Below are positions 45,193 to 54,529 of a DNA stretch of 64,000 nucleotides, piece by piece (positions within the stretch are counted from its first letter, which is position 1; every line of letters starts with the position of its first letter). A program made the translations under genes and the position numbers. The DNA is taken from IMG/VR virus record IMGVR_UViG_3300021959_006010, positions 186,001 to 250,000 of that record; one strand, given 5' to 3'. Under the pieces are notes generated by a model, which had not been told where the DNA came from, ran no database searches, and was given only the letters and a program-made list of their open reading frames with translations.

Positions 45193-45802
45193 ACACAATA
45201 AGCGTATACTCGCGCAACACAATAAGCGTAGGGAGCTCTTGTGTAACAAAGCGAGCTCTGCGTAACACACACGTGAGTGCAAGAGTCGCTTCCTGAAAGG
45301 AAAGACTCTCCAACGAGCGTGTTAGTTGTCGCTTTGCGAAGCAAAAGACGACTTTGAGTTTGCTCATATATAGCGTGTACTACAGAACCTCTACAGTGTG
45401 CGCTATACAGTGATAAGTAATATGGACATTATGTACGAAATAAAACTTATATATACTCCTGAGCCATACTCGCTAACTCTAAAAGAGTCAATCACATACT
45501 GTGCTACAGTAGAGTTATTCTTGCGCGGCATACACACATCACAGTGCAGTGCCAGTAGAATAGCTTTTGAGTCAGATAGAGATCGCATGCTAGGTTTGCT
45601 TATACTATCAGAGAGTACAAGCTTTACTCCTGTAATTATATAGGTGTCTGTGCGCTAATATAAGCGTCATACAGCAGGTTTAGGATTGTTTGGCATCGTG
45701 TGCAACTAAACGCTGATTTTCTTGCGCAAAAGCGTTTACCGCTTCGCGGCTTGTAGGTTTACCGCAGCGGCTTCGCCGTTTTTTGGGCTTAAACGCTTCG
45801 CG
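45193..45802. repeat. Non-coding block with direct repeats and GCGAAGC mini-hairpins
   Basis: ACACAATAAGCGTA x2 (45193, 45217); TTTGCGAAGCAAA at 45333-45345 (+); three GCGAAGC-core hairpins on minus at 45739-49, 45768-78 and 45794-802. Confidence 0.7.
45421..45643 (+). CDS. Possible hypothetical protein
   Basis: Open frame with FESDRDRMLGLLILSE, similar to the C-terminus of 32667-32873; start uncertain. Confidence 0.4.
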
Positions 45803-45807
45803 CTTGT

Positions 45808-46245
45808 TTAGAACTTGTACTCGAAGTTTTGGCAGGTCTTGCCCTTGCGTAGCAACTGTGCTCCGTTGCGTGTGTGGAAACGTTCTGCCATTTCTGTTAG
45901 GGGACTCAGTGTGCAGTAGCGTTGTATGTGTGGATGATCACGCTGTATAACTTCTGCTGTAGAGAATATGATGTCTCGTCCTGCGCCTCGCGCATAACTC
46001 CATACTGTATAGAACATTGCAGTGTCGGGCCGGGTGTTGTGCGCAAGTTCTTCTTCAGTTAGTGCCGTGCCCTGTGTATATGCTACACACAGTACAGCAG
46101 CTACCACACCGTCCCATTCCAGCGCATATACTTCTCTGCCGTCTCGAAGTCTCCATTCTAGATCAATGTGTGGACGAACAGGATCGTCCAGTATATAACT
46201 CTTTTTCCAATCTCTAGTGTCAAACTGTACCAGTTGCGTTTCCAT
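45808..46245 (-). CDS. Hypothetical protein, possibly GNAT-like fold
   Basis: AGGAGA RBS; FYTVWSYARGAGRDII resembles an acetyl-CoA-binding loop. Confidence 0.5.
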   Translation of the reverse strand: METQLVQFDTRDWKKSYILDDPVRPHIDLEWRLRDGREVYALEWDGVVAAVLCVAYTQGTALTEEELAHNTRPDTAMFYTVWSYARGAGRDIIFSTAEVIQRDHPHIQRYCTLSPLTEMAERFHTRNGAQLLRKGKTCQNFEYKF

Positions 46246-47658
46246 TTATTCTCCTAGGTTATTAAGAAATGCTTTGAGTTTTGAACTGTCTGTTTCAGCT
46301 CGTATCTTTCCTACACTTGCGCCTTCGCTTGGATCTTCCTGCGGCTGTGCTTGTGTGCGTTTGATGTTTGCTACAATTGAACTTGCAGTTGTGTTGCCTG
46401 TGCTGGTAGCAGCTTCGTCATCTTCTCCAATGTCAAATATGCGCAGTGTGTCTACATCAAAACCTAGATCTACTTTTTGTCCTACGCCCGAACTTGATCG
46501 TGTCTTCATCAGCTGTATTTGATAGCGTCCACGCTCACGCATTGCTCTACTAGTAAAGATACCAATTAGATTGTCTGCTGTGTTAATCTTTGAAATACCA
46601 CCCGAGATGTGGCTGTGATCAAACTCAATCTCTTCAACACTAGAACGATTCAACTGACTTGCTGTTACAAAGATACAGTTTAGTTCCATTGCCAAGTTGC
46701 GTAGTTCTTCTGACACATACTTGTCTTTAACAAACAAGTTCTCTGCTGAAATCTTTTGTCCAATTGGATGCATAAGATCTAGATAGTCTATGAGCAGTAC
46801 ATCCACTTTGCGTCCTGTCTTGATCTCATACTCCTTGAGGTACGCTCTAACATCGTTTGCGTTCTTGCCTGTGGGCATGTACTTGACTTGAAACGCACCA
46901 CTCTTCTTGCCAATCATCTTGACTTTCATTTCAACATCATCAAGACTCTTAAAGATATCACGACTTGGAATCTCTGAAGTCATAGCATCAAGACGCATGC
47001 TCACTAGATTCTCTGAAAGCTCAAATGTCAAGTACATCACGTTCATGCCTGCAAGACACCAGTTAACACCTAGGTTAGCCATAAACAAACTCTTGCCCGA
47101 ACCCGAACCACCTGCAAAGATGTTAAGCTCGCCTCTGTTGAATCCGCCAAACAGTTTCTTGTCTAGTGCGGGCCAGCCTGTGCTTACTTGTCCGTTCTTG
47201 TCTTTGATTGCTTCTAGTCGACTGCGCGGATCAGCAAAGTAGTCTGTGCCTAGATCCTTTTGCAGTCCAATCTGTACTGCTCGCTTAACCAAATCCTCAA
47301 CCGGGCCGTACTCGCCTTTCTCAAGCAAGTCTGCTGAGTCAAGTATTGCTTTCTCAAGTGCCTTGTGTCTACTGAACGTTTCGAACTCCTGTAGCAGCCA
47401 GTCATAGTGATTCTCCTGTAGGTCACCTGGATCTTTTAGTTGTGCGTCTGTAGCTGCATTGATCATATCAAATGTAGGCAATGCATTATGTTCTTCTACA
47501 TAGTCCTTTAAAAACTTTGCTGGTTCTACCAAACGTCTGTCAAATGTCTTTGGATCAAACACACCCTGACAGCGTACAAAGCTCTCAGCGTCTGTCATAA
47601 ACATTTCTAAATATACTTTTTGGATATCATATCCATAGTCGGTGTTTTGTCTTGTCAT
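46246..47658 (-). CDS. Replicative DnaB/gp41-like helicase
   Basis: TGWPALDKKLFGG, Walker A GGSGSGKS, LLIDYLDLM, TASQLNR, SKINTADN. Confidence 0.92.
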   Translation of the reverse strand: MTRQNTDYGYDIQKVYLEMFMTDAESFVRCQGVFDPKTFDRRLVEPAKFLKDYVEEHNALPTFDMINAATDAQLKDPGDLQENHYDWLLQEFETFSRHKALEKAILDSADLLEKGEYGPVEDLVKRAVQIGLQKDLGTDYFADPRSRLEAIKDKNGQVSTGWPALDKKLFGGFNRGELNIFAGGSGSGKSLFMANLGVNWCLAGMNVMYLTFELSENLVSMRLDAMTSEIPSRDIFKSLDDVEMKVKMIGKKSGAFQVKYMPTGKNANDVRAYLKEYEIKTGRKVDVLLIDYLDLMHPIGQKISAENLFVKDKYVSEELRNLAMELNCIFVTASQLNRSSVEEIEFDHSHISGGISKINTADNLIGIFTSRAMRERGRYQIQLMKTRSSSGVGQKVDLGFDVDTLRIFDIGEDDEAATSTGNTTASSIVANIKRTQAQPQEDPSEGASVGKIRAETDSSKLKAFLNNLGE

Positions 47659-47776
47659 TCTTTTGTGTGCCTTACGTTAGTTCTTGCTTTTACACTACCA
47701 CAGTTTTTACAATAAACTATTGTAACATAAAATTTATGTTTGTCAACTTCAAGAGTCTGATTGTGTTCTGTTATTT

Positions 47777-49246
47777 CTACTTGTTTGCAGCAGCCGTCCA
47801 AACCTTAACTCCATATTGTTTTTCAAATGCTTGTGCATCTTCTACAGTGTTAACAATGGGTTTACCCTTGATGTTAAGTGAGGTATTTAGTAGCACAGGA
47901 CAGCCTGTAGCTTCGTACCAACGTTCTAGCAGTTTTCTAAAGCCCACGCTTTGCGTTGAAGAAACTGTCTGTACCCGAGAGGTGCCGTCCCTGTGCGTGA
48001 TTGCAGGTAGTCCAGGATCCTTGCAAGTTGCAGTGTATTGCATGTAGGGGTTTGCATATCCGTCGAAATAGGTAGACGCATGTTCCTCCAATACTGCTGG
48101 CGCAAAAGGTCTAAACTTCTGTCGTTGTTTGATTTCGTTAACTCTATCTTTAATGTCTGGCCTTCTGGGGTCTGCAAGGAGGGAGCGGTGTCCAAAAGCT
48201 CTGGGCCCGAACTCTGCCCTGCCGTTGGCCACGCCAACAATACCAGTAGTAAGCAACTCGTTAAGTACTTCTTCAACAGGATAATCTCCTTCTATGTTAT
48301 AACCTGTGTACACATGATCCATTTCCATGTGTTGTTTTTTATGGGCTAGTACACAACCTATTGCACTGCCTGCATCACCCGGGTTAGGCATGATCCATAC
48401 GTTATCGAAAAACTTGTATGCTAAATGGTTAGCACTGCAATTTAACGCACATCCTCCCATTAACACAAGGTTTTTGCTAGGCGCCATTATGCGGGCTACA
48501 TTCAAAATACCTTGAAAAATCTTTTCATACAGGTTCTGGGCTGCTGCCGCTATGTCAAAATAGTCTTGTTCAGTGGTCAAATCCTTGCGCCAGTCTAAGC
48601 ACCCTCTATGTAAATTGCGTTTAAAAGTAATAGGGTGTCCATAAGGGTCAACAAAATCTTCAACCATAGCTTGGTACAAACGATCTGGGTCACCGTATGC
48701 AGCCATACCCATAAGAATGTATTCGTCTTCTTGAGGTTTTAATCCAACCCTTTGCGTGATTGCCGAGTACCATAGTCCCACGGAATGTGGATATTTTTGG
48801 GAATAGACCTTTTTGAGTCTTCCTTCTTTACCATGCCAGATAGTAAGTGTATCAAACTCTCCAATGCTGTCGATACTAATAACGCAGGCTTCTGTAAAAG
48901 GACTAGTATAATAACCGGCAGCAGCATGGGAAAGATGATGATCAGTATACCTAATAGGAGCATGTATCCCATAAGATCCAAGATACTTACGAATATTGTT
49001 TTCACCCAACCGTATTCCTTGCCCTGCTCTAAATTGTCTAACAGTTTTGACAAGGGGTCTTTCATACCAAATAATTTCATCTGGTTCTCCCCATTTCCTT
49101 GCATATTCAATTAACTCGTTATTTAAGTCGGGGTCGTTTTTTATACCGCTAAAACGTTCGCTATGACTCGCAAACTCTAGTCCGTCTTCTGAAAAAACAG
49201 CTAGAGCAGCATCATGACTGTTAGCACTTATACCCCATGTAATCAT
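47777..49246 (-). CDS. Carbamoyltransferase (NodU/CmcH/TobZ family)
   Basis: SHDAALA, HHLSHAAAGY, GGCALNC, GDAGSAIG, GRAEFGPRAFGHRS, RQKFRPFAP, LNTSLN. Confidence 0.92.
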   Translation of the reverse strand: MITWGISANSHDAALAVFSEDGLEFASHSERFSGIKNDPDLNNELIEYARKWGEPDEIIWYERPLVKTVRQFRAGQGIRLGENNIRKYLGSYGIHAPIRYTDHHLSHAAAGYYTSPFTEACVISIDSIGEFDTLTIWHGKEGRLKKVYSQKYPHSVGLWYSAITQRVGLKPQEDEYILMGMAAYGDPDRLYQAMVEDFVDPYGHPITFKRNLHRGCLDWRKDLTTEQDYFDIAAAAQNLYEKIFQGILNVARIMAPSKNLVLMGGCALNCSANHLAYKFFDNVWIMPNPGDAGSAIGCVLAHKKQHMEMDHVYTGYNIEGDYPVEEVLNELLTTGIVGVANGRAEFGPRAFGHRSLLADPRRPDIKDRVNEIKQRQKFRPFAPAVLEEHASTYFDGYANPYMQYTATCKDPGLPAITHRDGTSRVQTVSSTQSVGFRKLLERWYEATGCPVLLNTSLNIKGKPIVNTVEDAQAFEKQYGVKVWTAAANK

Positions 49247-49455
49247 ACAGTTATATCTACTTTACTTCCTTGCTGTACAGGATACACAACTTCTCCTTTT
49301 GCATTATAAGTTGTATAAACTACTTCGGATATTTTTGACGAGCCGCCGTCTTTTTGTGTATGTTGAACGTGCGTTACAGTTTCAACAGGTCCAGATGTTT
49401 GAACTCTAGTATAAGCACTTATTACGTTAATTGGGCTAATAGGATCGATACTCAT
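49243..49455 (-). CDS. Hypothetical protein
   Basis: ATGA overlaps on both sides. Confidence 0.6.
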   Translation of the reverse strand: MSIDPISPINVISAYTRVQTSGPVETVTHVQHTQKDGGSSKISEVVYTTYNAKGEVVYPVQQGSKVDITV

Positions 49456-49574
49456 TTGTAAATAAAAGGGTCCTTTTCTCTAAGTTCTTTTAATCGTTTC
49501 CTTATTTTAATTTCTTCTTTAATTTTATCATATGGCCAGCGTATCCAAGACCAAATCGTTTTTAACCAAACCAT
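49452..49574 (-). CDS. 40-aa basic peptide
   Basis: MVWLKTIW...KRLKELREKDPFIYK*; bridges primase and the next gene by overlaps. Confidence 0.55.
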   Translation of the reverse strand: MVWLKTIWSWIRWPYDKIKEEIKIRKRLKELREKDPFIYK

Positions 49575-50545
49575 TTTTTTGCTCCTAGTCTAATTTTAAG
49601 AGGTGACTCTTCTGCACTTGTTGCAATACTATGCAATGTGTATAGTCTACCGTACTTATCTACTGCATCACCTATGTCATTAATGTCTTGTGTCCAGTTT
49701 GGCATACTAACGCTAAATCCTAGTTCAATTGCACGTTCAACAAGTTTGCTACCAGCCTTGTCTCTATCTGGTACAACAATAATCTGCTTCTGCAATCTAT
49801 TCAACAGCATTGCTTGTTGATCGCTTATTTCTGATCCGCCTAATGCACAACCTTCTACATGTATAGCATCAATCTGTCCTTCGCACACAATAGCAAATAC
49901 TTTGTTATAACCTTGTTCGTCTAATCCGTATACAAAGCCAGGCTGTACTTCTGTAAGGTATTTTGGCTTTTTATCTGGTACAACACTTCGAGCAGTCCAG
50001 CCTACGATGCGTCCTTCAAAGTAGAAGGGAATAATAAGACGATCACGATAACCTAAACTAGGTGACCAGTAGTAGTCTGTATCATCTACGTTTAGATTAC
50101 GTGACGCCATATATTCAAGTACAGACATACTAAACTTGTTAAAATCTGTAATGTCTGTAATTTTAACAGCATCATCTGGTAACGGAACAGTATTGAAGGT
50201 AGGCAACTCTGCTATGCGAGTTTTAGCCTCAACACCCTCGTTTTCTCTCATTACTTCTAGTGCTACCTTGTTGATTATATCGTCAGGTGCTCCTGTCCAC
50301 TGTAAGAGCTTACGCAGTTTATGAGAAAAGTTTCTGCCCGGTTGCCAGGATGCTTTGAAGCCGCAGTTAAAGCAATGATAACTTACGCCTCCATCGGGGT
50401 TGCTTATTAAGCCACCGCGTCCACGAGTGTCTGCCGTATGTCCATTATGATGGCAACACGGCGCATTAAAGGATAGCCAGCCACTAGGAGTTTGTTTCCT
50501 TTTAGCAGGCAAGTATGTCAGAACTGTATCGTTAACTACACTCAT
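49562..50545 (-). CDS. DNA primase (gp61-like)
   Basis: Zn finger CCHH...YHCFNCG, IIPF..EG.IVGWTAR, TOPRIM VCEGQIDA and VPDRD. Confidence 0.9.
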   Translation of the reverse strand: MSVVNDTVLTYLPAKRKQTPSGWLSFNAPCCHHNGHTADTRGRGGLISNPDGGVSYHCFNCGFKASWQPGRNFSHKLRKLLQWTGAPDDIINKVALEVMRENEGVEAKTRIAELPTFNTVPLPDDAVKITDITDFNKFSMSVLEYMASRNLNVDDTDYYWSPSLGYRDRLIIPFYFEGRIVGWTARSVVPDKKPKYLTEVQPGFVYGLDEQGYNKVFAIVCEGQIDAIHVEGCALGGSEISDQQAMLLNRLQKQIIVVPDRDKAGSKLVERAIELGFSVSMPNWTQDINDIGDAVDKYGRLYTLHSIATSAEESPLKIRLGAKKWFG

Positions 50546-50580
50546 ACTATTATTATAGCGTGGTTAGTTTAAAATGTCAA

Positions 50581-51357
50581 TCAGTTTCTAACTAAAATTT
50601 TCTCAATTGTGTTAACAGGAGTTACACTTGTTCTAAATCTCAAGTAACTAAAAACACCATTAAAGTTTACAGCAACTGGTTCAGTTTCTGCACCAGTAAA
50701 TGTTACAGTACTAATGTCAGTCCAAATGTCTGTATTATTTCCTGTTATTTGATTTTGTAACGTTGCTTGTACTGTAACCGTTCCTGCGTAACCACTAGAA
50801 TAAATGGCAGCAGTATGTAGTGCTTCGTTTCCATTAATACCGGGCTGTGCTTCAAGTGTTTCTGAAATAAATTCAGGTTCGTTAATTGTTTCTCTTTGAA
50901 ATTGCGATACTTGATATGTATCTCTAGGTCCAGGAAATGCTTCGCTGCTAACAAATATCGATCCTGAATTTCCATAATGTACATCTGTGTATGTTAACTT
51001 TTTATCATTGTTACTGTCAACTAGATAAATGTTATAACTAAGATACTGTTGTTTTACATTTAGTAAATCATTATCTCCAACAATTACTTTACAAAGACCT
51101 TTATTAGAAATAAGAACTTCAGCGTCCTTTTCTAAAATAAGATTTTTATCTTCGTCGAACGCAATAAACTTAATTTCGTATCCACTAAGACTTACAGGTT
51201 TTTGATCTCTATTTAATATTTGAAATTCAAGGTCATTATCAATGCCTTTATAAACGGAAATTGTTCTTTTATACACAGGTCTATACTCCACGGCGAAACC
51301 AACATCATTAGCAATGATGGCAGTTCTGTTTGAGACTAAATATCTAGCAGTTAACAT
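50581..51357 (-). CDS. Probable virion/baseplate-type beta protein
   Basis: VYKGIDNDLEFQILNRDQKPV; late-type promoter upstream. Confidence 0.5.
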   Translation of the reverse strand: MLTARYLVSNRTAIIANDVGFAVEYRPVYKRTISVYKGIDNDLEFQILNRDQKPVSLSGYEIKFIAFDEDKNLILEKDAEVLISNKGLCKVIVGDNDLLNVKQQYLSYNIYLVDSNNDKKLTYTDVHYGNSGSIFVSSEAFPGPRDTYQVSQFQRETINEPEFISETLEAQPGINGNEALHTAAIYSSGYAGTVTVQATLQNQITGNNTDIWTDISTVTFTGAETEPVAVNFNGVFSYLRFRTSVTPVNTIEKILVRN

Positions 51358-51391
51358 AGTAATTGTATTTATTGGATTTATTAAATAAAAA

Positions 51392-51763
51392 ATGTTATTA
51401 AAAGATATACAAGAGAACTTTCCTTTTATTAGTGTTATAAGTTACGGCGGCGCAGAGTATGTCGGGATTATAATTAATCAAGACCAATGGGTAACTTCTA
51501 TGTACATCTATACAGATTTGAGATCCGAAATCGATAAGATCGAATTTTTAGAACTAGGAGATGTATGGTGGTGGGAGTCAAATAGGATGTTACCTATTAA
51601 TATTTTTCTTAAAGAAGAAATGGAAAAATTTGTTTATGCAATTACAACAATGAACTCAAAAAACGTAGTTGTAAAAGCAGGGCCGTGTGTTAATTTAAAC
51701 AATCTTAACATTAAGAGAGTTAAAAGAAAAAATGTACAACTTGTAAGAAAGCCTAAGGACTAA
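51392..51763 (+). CDS. Hypothetical protein
   Basis: Lone plus-strand ORF with a divergent TAAATA promoter. Confidence 0.65.
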   Translation: MLLKDIQENFPFISVISYGGAEYVGIIINQDQWVTSMYIYTDLRSEIDKIEFLELGDVWWWESNRMLPINIFLKEEMEKFVYAITTMNSKNVVVKAGPCVNLNNLNIKRVKRKNVQLVRKPKD

Positions 51764-52313
51764 ACTGTTCGCATAGTAAGTTTATATGTACTACTACTGC
51801 GAAAGCATAACTCATAGCATGTGCTTTTTTAAAGTAGTACTCATCACCTTCGGGTTTTAACCAAACTTCTTTTTCTATCGTTTGCCAAGTTTCGTTGACA
51901 AGATGCCTCTTTGCAGGCCGTATTATCGCCAGTACTGCTGCTAACTGCTCCACTGACTTTGGCTGCAACTTCCGCAATATGTCTCCATGTCCGCTGACGT
52001 GGAATAGTAAGTTGCTGAAGTCTTCGTGCTCCAATAGTTCCCATTGTGGTTCCCTTTCCATTAGTTGTTGTAGGTGAGCTTCGTCTTTAACATCTTTATA
52101 GATACTTACATTAAGAAAATCTAATTTAAAATATCCTCTGTCTTCTGCTGTTTTGTGATCAATAGTAGATAGGTTATCTATTGGGTTATGAGGTATTTCA
52201 GTTGTGTAAACTCCAGTATTATGTTTTTTGCCCGTTTCGAGTTTAGCTACACGATGCCGTAACTTTGACAAAAGAATATCTCGATCTGCAAAATCTATAT
52301 CAATATCAGGCAT
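51753..52313 (-). CDS. Short DNA polymerase III alpha (DnaE)-like catalytic fragment
   Basis: MPDIDIDF, KHNTGVY, YFKLDFLN, LAAVLAIIRP, YYFKKAHA. Confidence 0.8.
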   Translation of the reverse strand: MPDIDIDFADRDILLSKLRHRVAKLETGKKHNTGVYTTEIPHNPIDNLSTIDHKTAEDRGYFKLDFLNVSIYKDVKDEAHLQQLMEREPQWELLEHEDFSNLLFHVSGHGDILRKLQPKSVEQLAAVLAIIRPAKRHLVNETWQTIEKEVWLKPEGDEYYFKKAHAMSYAFAVVVHINLLCEQFSP

Positions 52314-52711
52314 TACAGTTTACCTTCTTCTCTCATTTTTGCTCTAATCTTAGTTGCACTAATGTCGTGTACATCTTCGCCTAGGTCATGCTCAGTAAAA
52401 GTATACCCGACACCCCTACCATAACTAATGTCCACAATGTTAGGCACTTCCAAAATAATATATTTCTCGCCATATAAAAATCCCTCTCTAAACAGTGCTA
52501 CTCTAATATTCTTCTTTACTTCGTATACATCAAACGGATTATCATTATTGCCCATGCCTGCGTCAACACCCTGAACGTCACGTATCATTATACATACTTG
52601 TCCAGTTTCTGCAAGTGCCTTTTTAAATAATGCAGTGTGGCCATCATGCCACGGTTGCCACCGTCCTAGCATTTGTGCTGTAGGTTTTTTTGAATCAAAC
52701 TTTATTTCCAT
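52313..52711 (-). CDS. Cytidylyltransferase-like (HxGH) protein
   Basis: LGRWQPWHDGH and ISATKIR motifs. Confidence 0.75.
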   Translation of the reverse strand: MEIKFDSKKPTAQMLGRWQPWHDGHTALFKKALAETGQVCIMIRDVQGVDAGMGNNDNPFDVYEVKKNIRVALFREGFLYGEKYIILEVPNIVDISYGRGVGYTFTEHDLGEDVHDISATKIRAKMREEGKL

Positions 52712-52968
52712 TATTCGAATCCTAATGATGATAAAAACAAAATAACTAATACTACTATTATTTTTGTTAATAACATTTTTCCTGCTTCTTTGCCAACTTC
52801 TTTAGGTGCAGGTTTCCAAGTTTCCCACTTACCTAGTTTGGCCCATTCTTCTTTACTTGTCCACAAACTGCCAACATGTTTTAACCATTCTTTAAAAGAT
52901 TTGTCACTATGACGTTTACGTTCTCTTCGCCATTCTGATAATATATCAAATATATCTTTAAACGTCAT
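52711..52968 (-). CDS. Hypothetical Trp/Lys-rich protein with a C-terminal TM helix
   Basis: Start revised to MTFKDIF, overlapping the upstream stop. Confidence 0.55.
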   Translation of the reverse strand: MTFKDIFDILSEWRRERKRHSDKSFKEWLKHVGSLWTSKEEWAKLGKWETWKPAPKEVGKEAGKMLLTKIIVVLVILFLSSLGFE

Positions 52969-53392
52969 CTTTAAATTCCATATAGCGTTGTACAACTTTA
53001 AACAATTGCTGGTGTGTATCATCAAACCACTGTGCTACATGATAATTAACATATGCCTTATAAGGACGTTCAAATATTTTATTTGTATCATCATACTCGC
53101 TTTTGTTAACAGTATCCATCCAGATAGCAAAATCAGCATCAAATACTTTGCGTATTTCGTCCGTTGGTGCTACAAAGTCTGCTATGGCAATTTTGCCTGC
53201 CATAGTAACACCGTCGGCTAAATGCCGCATTCGTTCTGCTTGACGCATTCGCCCGGACGGGCTAAAATCCCAATCGTTATATTGTTCTCTTATATTGTCA
53301 GCATTAAGATGCACTCCGCCAAGTAACTCTGCAAACGGTTTAGCAAGAGTTGTTTTTCCTGATCCTGGCAATCCAAAAATTAATATTCTCAT
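52958..53392 (-). CDS. Adenylylsulfate-kinase-like P-loop kinase
   Basis: IFGLPGSGKTT, LNADNIR, DWDFS..GR.RQAERM, IADFVAP. Confidence 0.75.
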   Translation of the reverse strand: MRILIFGLPGSGKTTLAKPFAELLGGVHLNADNIREQYNDWDFSPSGRMRQAERMRHLADGVTMAGKIAIADFVAPTDEIRKVFDADFAIWMDTVNKSEYDDTNKIFERPYKAYVNYHVAQWFDDTHQQLFKVVQRYMEFKDDV

Positions 53393-54087
53393 AGTTTAGA
53401 TTCCTTTGCAACTTCTTTAACTAGTTGCACATCGCTCGTTTGTCTATTAAAACGCATTGCCCAGTGTTGAGGATTAATAACATGATACACCATACTCAAC
53501 TGCTCGTCGTTAAACTTGCCTAACATTTCTTTACCAGACTTACAATTAAGAATGAGCCAAGGACTAATCTTTCCATCTTTAATATCCCATACTGCTCGAT
53601 TAAGACTTACATAAAGAAAGTAATGATTCCACGGAGCACTTTTATCTTCTGCCCAACTAACCATATTATTAATACTACGTTCTAATGCTGTATGCACATC
53701 TTCTTTAAGAATTAATTCTAATGCATACTTTTCGTACAATTCTTCTTTGCACCAGTGGTCTAGTTTAACTCCGCTAGTAACTACATAGTCGATATATTTT
53801 TCTGGGTATAAAGGTTTAACATTGCTAAGAAAACTACCAAACTTTACAAAAGCATTATAATATTGACTGTTACAAAAATCTTCGTAGGTCTTTTCCTTTT
53901 TAGTGCCTGCACTTAATTTGTAAAATCTTTGGAATGCATAAAAGCCATGCCGTACACGTTTTTCGTCTTTTTGTAATGCTCTACGTTTTTTCTCACACAT
54001 ATGAGCAGCAAGAGTTTTTTCTCTTACATAACCACTACCACAGTATTCGCAAACATATGGTTTATTAGAGTTTGACGTCGACGCCAT
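53389..54087 (-). CDS. Zn-finger-containing conserved phage protein
   Basis: YVCEYCG...LAAHMCE; start revised to MASTS. Confidence 0.65.
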   Translation of the reverse strand: MASTSNSNKPYVCEYCGSGYVREKTLAAHMCEKKRRALQKDEKRVRHGFYAFQRFYKLSAGTKKEKTYEDFCNSQYYNAFVKFGSFLSNVKPLYPEKYIDYVVTSGVKLDHWCKEELYEKYALELILKEDVHTALERSINNMVSWAEDKSAPWNHYFLYVSLNRAVWDIKDGKISPWLILNCKSGKEMLGKFNDEQLSMVYHVINPQHWAMRFNRQTSDVQLVKEVAKESKL

Positions 54088-54529
54088 GTTCTTCAGCCAA
54101 TTCTCTGAGTTCTTTTTTTGTAGATAATCTAGCAAGTAACTCTACCTCGTCTTGTTTCATATTCGGATAAACTTCTTGTAAAAGCTTAATTGCTTTTGAA
54201 TTAGAATCACCTTTTTTCTTAAATCCTATATATGGGTGGAATTCTATTTTACCTGTATTACTACTCATACATAAAAGTTGCCACATCAGTTCTTGATGTC
54301 CGTTTTCTTTGCCGACACCAATAGTATTGAAATGTTTATTGTAATATTCGTTAGTTTTAAAAACAGCAAGTTCTTGTTTTTCTCTCGATCCTTGAACATT
54401 ACTAACATACCTATTTAGTAACCAAAAGCCGACTTGCTTTTTTTGGTCAGAACTAAGTTCTTTCCAAACACTCTTTGCTCCCATATCTACAGCAGCTAAT
54501 ATATCTTTAAGTGGAATTTTATCTGTCAT
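54065..54529 (-). CDS. Probable clamp-loader small subunit (gp62-like)
   Basis: LKDILAAVD...FWLLNRYVS...YPNMKQDEVELL; replication-module context. Confidence 0.55.
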   Translation of the reverse strand: MTDKIPLKDILAAVDMGAKSVWKELSSDQKKQVGFWLLNRYVSNVQGSREKQELAVFKTNEYYNKHFNTIGVGKENGHQELMWQLLCMSSNTGKIEFHPYIGFKKKGDSNSKAIKLLQEVYPNMKQDEVELLARLSTKKELRELAEEHGVDVKL

